Program-made: the position numbers and the translations under genes
Assembly (NCBI GenBank): GCA_036269775.1
Contig: DATBDU010000035.1
Location: 41,961-105,960, forward strand
Length of the DNA stretch: 64,000 nt
Reading direction: 5' to 3'
DNA from: Solirubrobacterales bacterium
GTDB lineage: Bacteria; Actinomycetota; Thermoleophilia; Solirubrobacterales; 70-9
Part shown: positions 1 through 8,928 of the stretch, piece by piece
Numbering within the stretch: the first letter of the stretch is position 1
Layout of the letters: each line of letters starts with the position of its first letter
Notes under the pieces: generated by a model
The model's database searches: none
What the model saw: the letters and a program-made list of their open reading frames with translations, nothing else
Told to the model about the DNA's origin: nothing

Positions 1-467
1 CGCCGCGGATCCTCGGCGCCGCCGAGGCGGGGTCGACTGTGCGCGTCTATGCGGGTACGGACTGCACGGGCATGCCAGTCGCCACTGGTAGCGCAGCCAA
101 TCTTGGCTCACCCGGTTTCGCTGTCGAAGTCGCAGAAGGCGTTACCGCTGCCTTCTCGGCGACCGCCACCGATGCGGCCGACAACACCTCGGCTTGCTCG
201 GCATCGATCTCATACACGCGTGTGAAAACGCCGCCCCCCGTATGCATCGTCCCGAAGCTGGCCGGTAAGACGCTGGCGCGGGCGAAGTCGGCGTTGAAAG
301 CTGCCAACTGTGCGGTCGGAAAGGTGACGAAACCGAAGGCGAGGAAGGGCAAGAAGCTCGGTCAGCTCGTCGTCAAGTCATCGAAGCCTTCCGCGGGGAA
401 GACCCTGGAGGTCGGCAGCAAGGTCAACCTCAAGCTCGGCCCGAAACCCCGAAAAGCGCGCCACTAG
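1..467 (+). CDS. 3' part of a secreted/surface protein: Ig-like repeat followed by a PASTA-like domain (5' end outside the window)
   Basis: The frame is open from the window edge (codons phased from nt 3) to the stop at 465-467. ATATDAADNTSACSASISY resembles Ig-like surface repeats. VPKLAGKTLARAKSALKAANCAVGKVT...GSKVNLKLG fits the PASTA pattern. Confidence 0.55.
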   Translation, partial: PRILGAAEAGSTVRVYAGTDCTGMPVATGSAANLGSPGFAVEVAEGVTAAFSATATDAADNTSACSASISYTRVKTPPPVCIVPKLAGKTLARAKSALKAANCAVGKVTKPKARKGKKLGQLVVKSSKPSAGKTLEVGSKVNLKLGPKPRKARH

Positions 468-583
468 GGCGAAGCCGCCGAGAGGCCGCGCGACGAGGGC
501 CAGGTGAGGCTGCGCGTCCGGGGACGCGGCGGGCCCAACGCCCCGTCCCTTTTACGCCCCTTGCGGGAAAGAGCCGATAGCCA

Positions 584-2479
584 ATGCGCCGGATTAGCAC
601 GGAGAGAACAGTCATGCTGGCCCTGCTCGTGGGGGCAGGTCTCGCCTGTGTCCTGGGGTTGGCCAAGCCGGCGACCGAAGCCACCCACACGACGGCGAAG
701 CAGGAAACGCTCGACCTCGTTCGCGTCGCCCTCACCACCTGCCTCGCGGTGACGCTGGTGATGGGGCCGGGGATCGCCGCGCGGACGTTTTTCGATCGCC
801 CGATCCGGCTTGCCTTCGTGCCGCTCTTCGGGATCGGCGTGATGACTTTCGCCGGCTGCCTGGCCTGGTGCCTGCACGGCGTTCTCGCAACCGACATGGC
901 CTGCTTGGTGGTCGTCGGCCCGGTGCTCGGGCTCATGTTCGGGGTCCTCCTCGCCGCCGGCCCGGAGGACTTCCTCACGCCGGAGGAGCGGCGCACGCTG
1001 ATGCTCGTGGGAATCCCGGTCGGGCTGGCAATCGCCCGCTCGCTTTGGTCGCTGGGACCGATCGGCGAGCTCGACGCGGGTCAGATCGGGCACAACCTGG
1101 TGACCGAGGGGCGGCCCGACAGCCACATCTCCTTCGTCGTCACCGAGATGGTCGCCCACGGCACGAAGCCCTACGGGCCGGAAGGCCACGACCTTTTCGC
1201 GCCCTACCTGTTCTCCTCGCGCGGCCCCGTGGCGGGGATCGCCAGCGCACCCGTCGTCCTCGTCACCGGCGGCCGCCCGGTGCTCGGCGTTCCAAACCAG
1301 CACTGGGAGCCGTTCGACGCCCAGGGCTTCATGGCATACCGGATCGCGATGATCACGATGAGCGCGACCGCGCTGCTGACGCTGTGGGAGCTGGTCCGGA
1401 AGCTGGCCGGCTCGCGGGCGGCGCGCCTCGCTCTCGTCCTCGGGATCAGCACCCCGTTCGTCTTCGCCGAGCTGATCTTCACCTGGCCGAAGCTCCTCGC
1501 CGCCTCCTTCATCCTCCTCGCGGCTCTCTGGCTGTTCGAGCGCAGGCCGCTGCGGGCGGGGCTTTCGGTCGGCTTCGGCTTTCTCTTTCACCCAGGAGCG
1601 CTGCTCGGCTACTTCGCGCTCGGGCCGCTGGCGCTCTGGCCGCTGCGGGGGGCGAAGCTGAAGCGGCCGCAGGTTCGGACCCTGCTGTTGATGGCGGCCG
1701 GCACGGCGGCGATCGTCGTTGCCTGGATGATCGCCAACCACGGCCACAACACTCAGAGTGGCTTTCTCGACTACGTCCAGGAGGCAGGGCCCAACTACCA
1801 CCCCTCGGTTTGGGAATGGATCTCCTTCCGCCTCACCTCGCTGGCGGACACGAGCGTGCCGCTCTACCTGCCGATCTTCCAGGACCAGAACGTCTCGATC
1901 AACACCCTCTTCGGGAGCTCGCCCGGCGTCTCCCACTTCTTCTTCCAGTACTGGACGGGGGTCCCGTTCGGCTTCTCGATCCTCTTCTTCCCGCTGCTGC
2001 TGGTCAGCCTCTGGCGCTTCGCCAAGCGCTGGACCTGGCCCTTCTTCGCGGTGGTCGTCATCCCCTTCGTCGCCTTCTGGATCTACTGGGGGAACGGCAG
2101 CTCCGGCTTCTTGCGCGAGGGGATGCAAGTCTGGGTACTCGCCGTCCTGGCCGTCGTCGCGGTCGAGCAGGCCGCCTCGCGCTTCTCCTGGATGCGCTCG
2201 GGGGCGATCCGCGCGATCCTGGTCCTCCGTGCCTTCGAGGTCTTCGCCCTTGCCGTCGGCGCCACCCTCGGCACCCGCGGCCCGAATCCAATCAGCGTCG
2301 ACTACTACTTCAGCTACGCGCTCAACGACGCCGTCGCCTGCGCCGCCATCGTGTTCTTCTCGGCGCTGATGATGTTCGCCGTCTGGCGCGAAACGGCGCC
2401 GGGCTCGATGCCTCGACCGGCCAGAGCCGCGGATGCGAGTCTGCAGAACTCCAGCCTCGGGCCCGACCGGCCGACATAG
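584..2479 (+). CDS. Polytopic integral membrane protein (possibly a GT-C-type glycosyltransferase; function uncertain)
   Basis: 631-aa ORF with more than 10 long hydrophobic segments and a plausible composition. The overlapping 691-aa antisense ORF is Arg/Gly/Asp/Glu-rich junk. The start could be 584 or the ATG at 614. Confidence 0.7.
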   Translation: MRRISTERTVMLALLVGAGLACVLGLAKPATEATHTTAKQETLDLVRVALTTCLAVTLVMGPGIAARTFFDRPIRLAFVPLFGIGVMTFAGCLAWCLHGVLATDMACLVVVGPVLGLMFGVLLAAGPEDFLTPEERRTLMLVGIPVGLAIARSLWSLGPIGELDAGQIGHNLVTEGRPDSHISFVVTEMVAHGTKPYGPEGHDLFAPYLFSSRGPVAGIASAPVVLVTGGRPVLGVPNQHWEPFDAQGFMAYRIAMITMSATALLTLWELVRKLAGSRAARLALVLGISTPFVFAELIFTWPKLLAASFILLAALWLFERRPLRAGLSVGFGFLFHPGALLGYFALGPLALWPLRGAKLKRPQVRTLLLMAAGTAAIVVAWMIANHGHNTQSGFLDYVQEAGPNYHPSVWEWISFRLTSLADTSVPLYLPIFQDQNVSINTLFGSSPGVSHFFFQYWTGVPFGFSILFFPLLLVSLWRFAKRWTWPFFAVVVIPFVAFWIYWGNGSSGFLREGMQVWVLAVLAVVAVEQAASRFSWMRSGAIRAILVLRAFEVFALAVGATLGTRGPNPISVDYYFSYALNDAVACAAIVFFSALMMFAVWRETAPGSMPRPARAADASLQNSSLGPDRPT

Positions 2480-2519
2480 GTGGCCTCGTCCACCAAAACG
2501 ACCGAATCGGGGAATCGAG

Positions 2520-3104
2520 ATGGAGAAGCTGCGGCCCAAATTGAGCTACGCGAACGTGATCGCGACGTTGGCGCTGTTCCTCGCCCTGGGCGGTGGCGCG
2601 GCTTACGCGGCCTCCAACATCGCCAAGAACAGCGTCGGTGCGAAGCAGCTGAAGAGGAACGCGGTTACGGGAGCGAAAGTCAAGGACGGCTCGCTGCTGG
2701 CCGGAGACTTCAAGGCCGGACAGCTGCCTGTCGGCGAGCGTGGGCCCCAGGGCCTGCAGGGAGCCGCCGGCTCACCCGGTGCGCCCGGCGCCACCGACGT
2801 GGTCGTCCGCTACGGCGAAGAAGGGAAGCCCAAGGAAGAAGACGAAATAGATCAATCCGACGCGCAGTGCCTTCCCGGCGAGGCGGTCACGGGCGGGGGC
2901 TTCGACATCGTCGAGGAAACCGAACCTCTCGAGTACACCCTCCTCGCCAACCGGCCGGACGCCGGTGAAGAAGAAGTCGAAGGCGAACTGATCCACCCGG
3001 CTCCCGCCGATGGGAACGCCGCCCGCGGCTGGGTCGTCATGCTGCGCAACGATTCGCCTGAGACGGTCTTCTTTCGCGCCTACGTGATGTGCGCCCGGCC
3101 CTGA
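2520..3104 (+). CDS. Membrane-anchored protein with a short collagen-like G-X-Y run
   Basis: ATG at 2520. N-terminal TM helix VIATLALFLALGGGAAYAA, then GERGPQGLQGAAGSPGAPG (six uninterrupted G-X-Y triplets), then a C-terminal domain with two Cys. Confidence 0.65.
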   Translation: MEKLRPKLSYANVIATLALFLALGGGAAYAASNIAKNSVGAKQLKRNAVTGAKVKDGSLLAGDFKAGQLPVGERGPQGLQGAAGSPGAPGATDVVVRYGEEGKPKEEDEIDQSDAQCLPGEAVTGGGFDIVEETEPLEYTLLANRPDAGEEEVEGELIHPAPADGNAARGWVVMLRNDSPETVFFRAYVMCARP

Positions 3105-3144
3105 GTCGCCCCGTGGTTCTGGCTGTACGGCCAGGACTGACAGA

Positions 3145-4365
3145 ATGCCGCCGGTGATGGCCGAGCGGCAATATGACCTGGCCCTGTTCGGGGCGACTGG
3201 ATTCACCGGCGGGCTGACCGCCGAGTACCTGGCGGCCAATGCGCCGGAGAGGCTGAACTGGGCGCTGGTCGGGCGCAACCGGGCAAAGCTCGAGGCGGTT
3301 CGCTCGCGCCTCGCCACGGCTTCCCCAGATGCCCCGGTGCCGGATCTGCTTGAGGCCGACGCCGCCGACGCGGGGGCGCTGAAAAAGGTGGCCGAGGCCG
3401 CCCGGGTCGTGATCAGCACCGTCGGTCCCTACGCCCTCTACGGTGAGCCCATCGTCGCCGCCTGCGCGGCGGCCGGGACCGACTACGTCGATCTCACCGG
3501 CGAGCCGGAGTTCGTCGACCGGATGTGGGTTCTGCACCATGTTGAGGCGCAGCGCAGCGGCGCCCGCCTGGTCCACTGCTGCGGCTTCGACTCGATCCCC
3601 CACGACCTCGGCGCCTACTTCACGGTCCAGCAGCTGCCGGAGGGAGTGCCGCTGAAGGTCGACGGCTACGTCCGCTCCGGCGCCAGCTTCTCGGGCGGGA
3701 CCTACCACTCGGCGATCAACGGCTTCGCTCGGGCACGGCAGACGATCGGGGCCGCCAGGGAGCGCCGCCGCGGCGAGCCGCGGCCCCCAGGCCGCGAGAT
3801 CCACTCGGCCTCGCCCCGCGTCCGCCGCGACGCCGAGCTGGGTGGCTGGGTGGTGCCGCTGCCGACGATCGACGGCGGCATCGTCCGCCGCTCCGCCGCC
3901 GCCCTCGATCGCTACGGGCCCGACTTCACCTACGGCCACCACATGGTGGCCAAGCGGCTCGCGACGATCGCGGCGCTGGGGGCCGGGGTGGGGACGGTCG
4001 CCGTGCTGGCGCCGCTGCCGCCGACCCGCAGGCTGCTGCTGAAGCTCAAATCCCCTGGCGAGGGGCCGGACGAGACCGAGCGGGCCAGAAGCTGGTTCAA
4101 GGTCAAGTTCGTTGGTGAGGGCGGCGGTCAGCGCGTCGTCACCGAGGTCTCCGGCGGCGACCCCGGCTACACCGAGACCTCGAAGATGCTGGCCGAGTCG
4201 GCGCTCTGCCTGGCCTTCGACGACCTGCCCGAGAGCGCCGGTCAGGTGACGACCGCGGTGGCGATGGGTGACGCCCTTCTCACCCGGCTGCGGCGAGCGG
4301 GGATAGCCTTCGACGTGGTCGAGCCCGCCCAAACCAGACCAGGAGAGCCAGAGAGTGTCGCTTGA
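3145..4365 (+). CDS. Saccharopine dehydrogenase-like NAD(P)-binding oxidoreductase
   Basis: N-terminal Rossmann motif LALFGATGFTGGL. Length (406 aa) and layout fit the saccharopine dehydrogenase NADP-binding family. Confidence 0.7.
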   Translation: MPPVMAERQYDLALFGATGFTGGLTAEYLAANAPERLNWALVGRNRAKLEAVRSRLATASPDAPVPDLLEADAADAGALKKVAEAARVVISTVGPYALYGEPIVAACAAAGTDYVDLTGEPEFVDRMWVLHHVEAQRSGARLVHCCGFDSIPHDLGAYFTVQQLPEGVPLKVDGYVRSGASFSGGTYHSAINGFARARQTIGAARERRRGEPRPPGREIHSASPRVRRDAELGGWVVPLPTIDGGIVRRSAAALDRYGPDFTYGHHMVAKRLATIAALGAGVGTVAVLAPLPPTRRLLLKLKSPGEGPDETERARSWFKVKFVGEGGGQRVVTEVSGGDPGYTETSKMLAESALCLAFDDLPESAGQVTTAVAMGDALLTRLRRAGIAFDVVEPAQTRPGEPESVA

Positions 4366-5860
4366 ACATGTCGACGTGCTGATTGTCGGTGCCGGCCTCT
4401 CGGGCATCGGCGCCGCCCATCATCTGCAGCAGCGCTGCCCCGGCAAGAGCTACGCGATCCTCGAGGCGCGCGAGGAGATCGGCGGCACCTGGGATCTCTT
4501 CCGCTACCCCGGCATCCGCTCCGACTCCGACATGCACACGCTCGGCTACCGCTTCCGGCCCTGGACCGAGGCGAAGTCGATCGCCGACGGGCCCTCGATC
4601 TTGCGCTACGTCCGCGACACCGCCCGCGAGGCCGGCATCGACCGCCACATCCGCCTGCGCCACCGCGTCGTCAACGCCGAGTGGTCGAGTGCCGAGGCGC
4701 GCTGGAGCGTGGAGGCGGAGCGCACCGACACGGGGGAGGCGGTCTCCCTCAGCTGCGGCTTCCTCTTCGTCAACAGCGGCTATTACCGCTACGACCAGGG
4801 CTACACGCCGGAGTTCCCCGGCCTCGACCGCTTCGCCGGCCAGGTCGTCCATCCCCAGCACTGGCCCGAGGACCTCGACTACGCCGGCAAACGCGTCATC
4901 GTGATCGGCAGCGGCGCCACCGCGGTGACGTTGGTGCCGGCGATGGCGAAGGACGCCGCCCATGTGACGATGCTGCAGCGCTCGCCCACCTACATCGTCT
5001 CGATGCCTGGCGAAGACGGACTCGCCAACCGGCTGCGCTCCGTCCTGCCAGCCCGAGTCGTCTATCCGATCGTGCGCTGGAAGAACGTCTTCCTGCAAGG
5101 GGTCAGCTACCGGTTCAGCCGCCGTCGCCCGGAGCTGATGAAAAAGCTGCTGCGCCGTGGCGTCATGAAGGCGCTGCCCCCTGGTTACGACGTCGACACC
5201 CACTTCAAGCCCCGCTACAACCCCTGGGATCAGCGGCTCTGCCTGGTTCCGGACGGCGACCTCTTCGAGGCCCTGCACAGCGACAGCGCCGAGATCGTCA
5301 CCGACCGGATCGAGACCTTCACCGAGCGCGGCATCAAGCTCGAGTCGGGAGCCGAGCTGGAGGCCGACGTCGTCGTCACCGCGACCGGCCTCAACCTGCT
5401 CTTCCTGGGCGGCATGCGGATCTCGATCGACGGCGAGGAGCCGGACCTGGCCCGGGCGCTCACCTACAAGGGCATGATGCTGAGCGACTTCCCCAACTTC
5501 GCCTACACGCTCGGCTACACCAACGCCTCCTGGACGTTGAAGGCCGACCTCACCTCCGAATACATCTGCCGGCTGCTCAACCACATGGACGCCAACGGCC
5601 ACCGGATCTGCATTCCCAGCGTCAGCGACCTCTCGATCACCGAGGAGCCACTGCTCGACTTCAACTCCGGCTACGTCCTGCGCTCGATCGACCATCTGCC
5701 GAAGCAGGGCTCCAAGGAGCCGTGGAAACTGCGCCAGAACTACCCGGTCGACCTGAGGATGCTGCGCCACGGCTCGATCGCCGACGGCACGATGCGGTTC
5801 TCCAACCCGGCGCCGCGCCCTCAGGCCGAGGCCCAGGCTCTGGCCTCTTCCTCCTCCTGA
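4355..5860 (+). CDS. Flavin-containing (Baeyer-Villiger/EthA-like) monooxygenase
   Basis: FAD motif VLIVGAGLSGIGAA, GGTWDLFRYPGIRSD and a second dinucleotide motif VIVIGSGATAV. GTG start overlaps the upstream stop by 11 nt. Confidence 0.8.
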   Translation: MSLEHVDVLIVGAGLSGIGAAHHLQQRCPGKSYAILEAREEIGGTWDLFRYPGIRSDSDMHTLGYRFRPWTEAKSIADGPSILRYVRDTAREAGIDRHIRLRHRVVNAEWSSAEARWSVEAERTDTGEAVSLSCGFLFVNSGYYRYDQGYTPEFPGLDRFAGQVVHPQHWPEDLDYAGKRVIVIGSGATAVTLVPAMAKDAAHVTMLQRSPTYIVSMPGEDGLANRLRSVLPARVVYPIVRWKNVFLQGVSYRFSRRRPELMKKLLRRGVMKALPPGYDVDTHFKPRYNPWDQRLCLVPDGDLFEALHSDSAEIVTDRIETFTERGIKLESGAELEADVVVTATGLNLLFLGGMRISIDGEEPDLARALTYKGMMLSDFPNFAYTLGYTNASWTLKADLTSEYICRLLNHMDANGHRICIPSVSDLSITEEPLLDFNSGYVLRSIDHLPKQGSKEPWKLRQNYPVDLRMLRHGSIADGTMRFSNPAPRPQAEAQALASSSS

Positions 5861-5866
5861 TCGAGG

Positions 5867-7123
5867 TCATGCTCCCGGCGAGGGGGGAGCGGGGCCGACG
5901 GCCGCCTTGGAGCCGGGTCTCATCAGCAGTCCCGAGCCGAGCAGGGCGAGCGCACCCATCGCCGGCAGCGGCAGCGCCGTCGAGATTGCCGCCAGGCCGC
6001 CGCCGGCCAGCCCGGAGAGGCCCTCGGCGCCGACCTGGAGCGACTGGTTGGAGCCGAGCGCGCTGCCCTGCTCGCCCGGTCCGACGGCCTGGGAGATCAT
6101 CGAGGCCATCGAGGGCAGGCAGACGGCGAGCGCCAGCGCGCAGGCACCGAGCGTGACCCAGAGCGCGCCTTGCGGATGCGGGACCACGACTGCGGCGAGG
6201 CAGACCGCCAGCGCCAGCCCGCAGCGGATCGTCAGCCGCCGCGGGTCCAGCCGCCGCGACAGGAACGCGACCAGGCCGAGGTTGGCGACGACGATCGGCA
6301 CCGCCACCCAGGCGATGAACTCCGACTCGCGCGAAATCCCCATCCCGAAGTGGTCGACCAGGTAGATCGGGTAGACGCGAAAGAAGCCGAAGATCGCAAG
6401 GTAGAGGGTGAAGTTGGCGAGGAACAGCGGCCGCAGCCACCCCGGCGCGAAGGCGGCGCCGACGCTGGCGAAGGCCCGTGCGACGCCGACCGGGGCGGCT
6501 GCGGAGGGGACGTGGGTCTCGCGGAACCGCGCCGCCGTCAGGGCCAGCGTGGCGAGCAGCAGCAGCGCCACGCCCCAGTACGGGGTCGGGAAGTCGAACC
6601 AGGAGACCAGCCCCGGGTCGGCGAGCTTGCCGCCGGCCAGTGGTCCGACCACGTAGGCGAGGCTGGAGCTGAGGTAGACGTAGCCGAACAGGCGGCTGCG
6701 CTGCGCCGCCGGGGTGACGTCGGCGATCGCGCTCTGGGCAATCGCGATGTTGGCCTCCGAGAGGCCGGCCAGCAGGCAGGCCGCCATCAGCAGCGGCAGG
6801 CTCTTGGCGTCGAGCGCCAGGGCGATCGCGGCGTAGCAAGCGGCGCTCGTCGCCAGCGAGGTCAGCAGCACCGGCCGCCGCCCGAAGCGGTCCGACAGCG
6901 CCCCGAGGATCGGCGAGCCGACGAACTGGGCGAGCGGGTAGAGGGCGAGCAGCGCGCCGAGCACCAGGGTCCGCTCGGAGATCGGGCTGGAGGGCGGCAG
7001 CAGGCCACCGTCATCGGCCAGGATCATCGGCGTGAAGACGGTGATCATCAGGCTGTAGCCGACGAAGCCGATGAAGACGACGAGGTACAGCGGCAGCACC
7101 CGTCCCAGCAGCCCCGGTTTCAC
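5867..7123 (-). CDS. MFS transporter (drug-efflux-like)
   Basis: 418 aa with about 12 hydrophobic helices and the MFS motif-A-like GALSDRFGRRPVLL. Confidence 0.8.
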   Translation of the reverse strand: MKPGLLGRVLPLYLVVFIGFVGYSLMITVFTPMILADDGGLLPPSSPISERTLVLGALLALYPLAQFVGSPILGALSDRFGRRPVLLTSLATSAACYAAIALALDAKSLPLLMAACLLAGLSEANIAIAQSAIADVTPAAQRSRLFGYVYLSSSLAYVVGPLAGGKLADPGLVSWFDFPTPYWGVALLLLATLALTAARFRETHVPSAAAPVGVARAFASVGAAFAPGWLRPLFLANFTLYLAIFGFFRVYPIYLVDHFGMGISRESEFIAWVAVPIVVANLGLVAFLSRRLDPRRLTIRCGLALAVCLAAVVVPHPQGALWVTLGACALALAVCLPSMASMISQAVGPGEQGSALGSNQSLQVGAEGLSGLAGGGLAAISTALPLPAMGALALLGSGLLMRPGSKAAVGPAPPSPGA

Positions 7124-7143
7124 GCGCGGTAGCCTACGTCGCC

Positions 7144-7425
7144 ATGGACGACCAGCAGGTACTCGGCCGCATCGACGAGCTCGTCAAAGAAGAGGAGGAG
7201 CTGCTCCACCGTCACGAGGGCGAGGGCCTCAGCTCAGAAGACCACGCTCGCATGGAGGAGCTGAAAGTCCAGCTCGACAAGCTGTGGGACTACCTGCGCC
7301 AGCGTCGCGCCCTGCGCCAGTACGGCGACAACCCCGACGACGCCAGCATCCGCGACGGCGGCACCGTCGAGGAGTACGGCGACGTCAGCACCTACGACGA
7401 CACCGAGCCCGACGCTCCCGCATAG
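7144..7425 (+). CDS. Small acidic helical protein, DUF2630-like
   Basis: 93-aa ORF MDDQQVLGRIDELVKEEEELLHRHEGEG... The pattern matches my recollection of the DUF2630 family. Confidence 0.55.
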   Translation: MDDQQVLGRIDELVKEEEELLHRHEGEGLSSEDHARMEELKVQLDKLWDYLRQRRALRQYGDNPDDASIRDGGTVEEYGDVSTYDDTEPDAPA

Positions 7426-7451
7426 AGCGTCGCTAGTCTTGGCCGGTCCTC

Positions 7452-7522
7452 GGCGCCTTGGCGGAGTGGCTACGCAGCGGCCTGCAAAGCCGTTTACACC
7501 AGTTCGATTCTGGTAGGCGCCT
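7452..7522 (+). tRNA. tRNA-Cys (GCA)
   Basis: Cloverleaf read by eye: acceptor GGCGCCT/AGGCGCC, anticodon arm GCGGC-CTGCAAA-GCCGT, T arm ACCAG-TTCGATT-CTGGT, discriminator U73 (typical for Cys). CCA is not encoded. Confidence 0.9.
7478..7522 (+). repeat. attL: 45-bp direct repeat (3' part of tRNA-Cys)
   Basis: CGGCCTGCAAAGCCGTTTACACCAGTTCGATTCTGGTAGGCGCCT is identical at 7478-7522 and 15159-15203. Confidence 0.9.
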
Positions 7523-7588
7523 CTAGCTTTGCGAGCGGTGTTTGGCTTGCTAGAGCGCTTTGAACGGCCTTCTCAGGCCGCTTGCTCA

Positions 7589-7650
7589 TCCGGCTGAGTC
7601 CGGTTGTTGCCGATTATCTGGATGTAAAACTGGCCCACGACTGGCCCACG
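7589..7650 (+). repeat. Left-arm motifs of element 1: 20-bp TCCGGCTGAGTCCGGTTGTT plus two tandem ACTGGCCCACG repeats
   Basis: The 20-mer at 7589-7608 is identical to 50250-50269. ACTGGCCCAC occurs at 7629-7638 and 7640-7649 (11-bp phasing). The same motif recurs near attR at 15092-15114. Confidence 0.75.
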
Positions 7651-7711
7651 GCTTCGTTCATCCGCTCGGATTTCAGATTGCGTAGAACCTGGGTGCAACA
7701 ATGTGTCGGCG

Positions 7712-7855
7712 ATGAAGCCCCAAGCTCCAGCTGCCCCGAAGACTGAGCGAGACAAGCTGCGCTTTGGCCTGCCCGGAAGCAGCACCGAGCGCAAGGGCCG
7801 GGTCAAGGCTGCGATCCAGGCCAATCGCGAGACGCTACGCCGCCTCGCCAAGTAG
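7712..7855 (+). CDS. Candidate antitoxin for Doc (47 aa; absent from the ORF track because it is under 60 aa)
   Basis: ATG 7712 (or in-frame GTG 7703) to TAG 7853-7855, ending 3 nt before the TTG start of doc. Product: MKPQAPAAPKTERDKLRFGLPGSSTERKGRVKAAIQANRETLRRLAK. No strong Shine-Dalgarno sequence and no recognisable family. Confidence 0.35.
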   Translation: MKPQAPAAPKTERDKLRFGLPGSSTERKGRVKAAIQANRETLRRLAK

Positions 7856-7858
7856 CCC

Positions 7859-8242
7859 TTGACGATCTACCTGGAGCTTGGCGATTACTGCGAGATCGCC
7901 GCTGAGTTGCTCGGTACGACTCCCGAGCAGATCGGGCGCTTGCCCAGGATCGCCCTTGCGGATTCGGCCCTTGCCACGCCTCAGGCGGGCTTCGGCGATC
8001 AGGACGCATATCCCACGCTCGTAGAGAAAGCGGCGGTTCTGGTCGAGCATCTGGCCCGCAACCACCCGCTGCCGGACGGCAACAAGCGAGCCGCTTTTCT
8101 CTCCGTGTGGCTGTTCCTTGAAGCCAACGGCCGACCGTTCGCTGGGGAAGATGCCGACACGGACGTTCCGATGGTGGAGAAGATCGCGGCTGGCGAAGCG
8201 ACTCCCAACGAAATCATCAGATGGCTGGAGAGTCGTACCTGA
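7859..8242 (+). CDS. doc: Doc (death-on-curing) / Fic-family toxin
   Basis: 127 aa with the degenerate Fic motif of Doc proteins, HPLPDGNKRAAF. TTG start at 7859. Confidence 0.8.
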   Translation: MTIYLELGDYCEIAAELLGTTPEQIGRLPRIALADSALATPQAGFGDQDAYPTLVEKAAVLVEHLARNHPLPDGNKRAAFLSVWLFLEANGRPFAGEDADTDVPMVEKIAAGEATPNEIIRWLESRT

Positions 8243-8258
8243 CGAATAGGCTCCTGGC

Positions 8259-8468
8259 GTGCCGAAGGACGCCAAGGAGAAGGCCCGCGCCGATGTGCAA
8301 CGCGCTCAGTCGAAGTTCGCGCGCGTTGACAGCGAGCGCGATCAAGTCCGCGTCGCTCGCCGGGACGCCTTTGAGCGTGCGCGAGAAGCGGGCCTGACGC
8401 TGCGCGAGATCGGCGAAGCAGCGGGGTTGCACCTGACGCGAGTCAGGGAAGTTCTCAACAGAGATTAG
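8259..8468 (+). CDS. Small helix-turn-helix protein
   Basis: 69 aa. The C-terminal GLTLREIGEAAGLHLTRVREVL looks like an HTH (sigma-70 region 4 / Xre-like). GTG start. Confidence 0.55.
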   Translation: MPKDAKEKARADVQRAQSKFARVDSERDQVRVARRDAFERAREAGLTLREIGEAAGLHLTRVREVLNRD

Positions 8469-8574
8469 GTACCCCCCTAAAACGGTGCTACGCTGCTAGC
8501 GCCCAATAAAAGCGGCCCCCGGCGGCGCGCTAACGCCAACCGGGAGCCTGACCACAAGGAGAACGAGCCTCCTC

Positions 8575-8928
8575 ATGGCTAACGAGAACCCTATGGGCGG
8601 GACGCGGCCGGTGCCGCTTGACCTCCCCGCCAAACACATCCCGATTCTGCGCTCCTGTTTGACCGGCTGGCTAGACGGCGCACGGGAAGACCTGGAAGCC
8701 CCCGAACGACTACGCCAACCCGACACAGCGCGGCGGGAAGCCCAGGCATTTGAGCGCCTGCTGGTCGCCTTGGCGACGAGGCAGATAGTCCTCCCCGACG
8801 AGGCAGCGCGGGAGGCGGTCGCGGTCGCGACTGCCGAGGGCGACGCGGCGAGCAACTACAAAGAGATTGCCGCCAACCACGACGCGCTCCACGCCCTGCT
8901 CGGCGTGCTTGAGGGCAGGAGGGCGTGA
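8575..8928 (+). CDS. Hypothetical protein (first of three translationally coupled genes)
   Basis: 117-aa ORF with AAGGAG about 16-21 nt upstream of the ATG. Its stop overlaps the next start (GTGA at 8925-8928). No motif recognised. Confidence 0.55.
   Translation: MANENPMGGTRPVPLDLPAKHIPILRSCLTGWLDGAREDLEAPERLRQPDTARREAQAFERLLVALATRQIVLPDEAAREAVAVATAEGDAASNYKEIAANHDALHALLGVLEGRRA

Noticed and set aside
464-2539. 691-aa minus-strand ORF overlapping the 584-2479 membrane-protein gene
   Set aside because: The composition is dominated by Arg, Gly, Asp, Glu and Pro with no motifs. In DNA of about 70% GC, stop codons are rare on the antisense strand of real genes. The plus-strand product has coherent TM helices.
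7573-7851. 92-aa minus-strand ORF at the left end of element 1
   Set aside because: It overlaps the arm-repeat region and the candidate antitoxin ORF on the other strand. It has an Arg/Ser-rich composition and no ribosome-binding site or motif.
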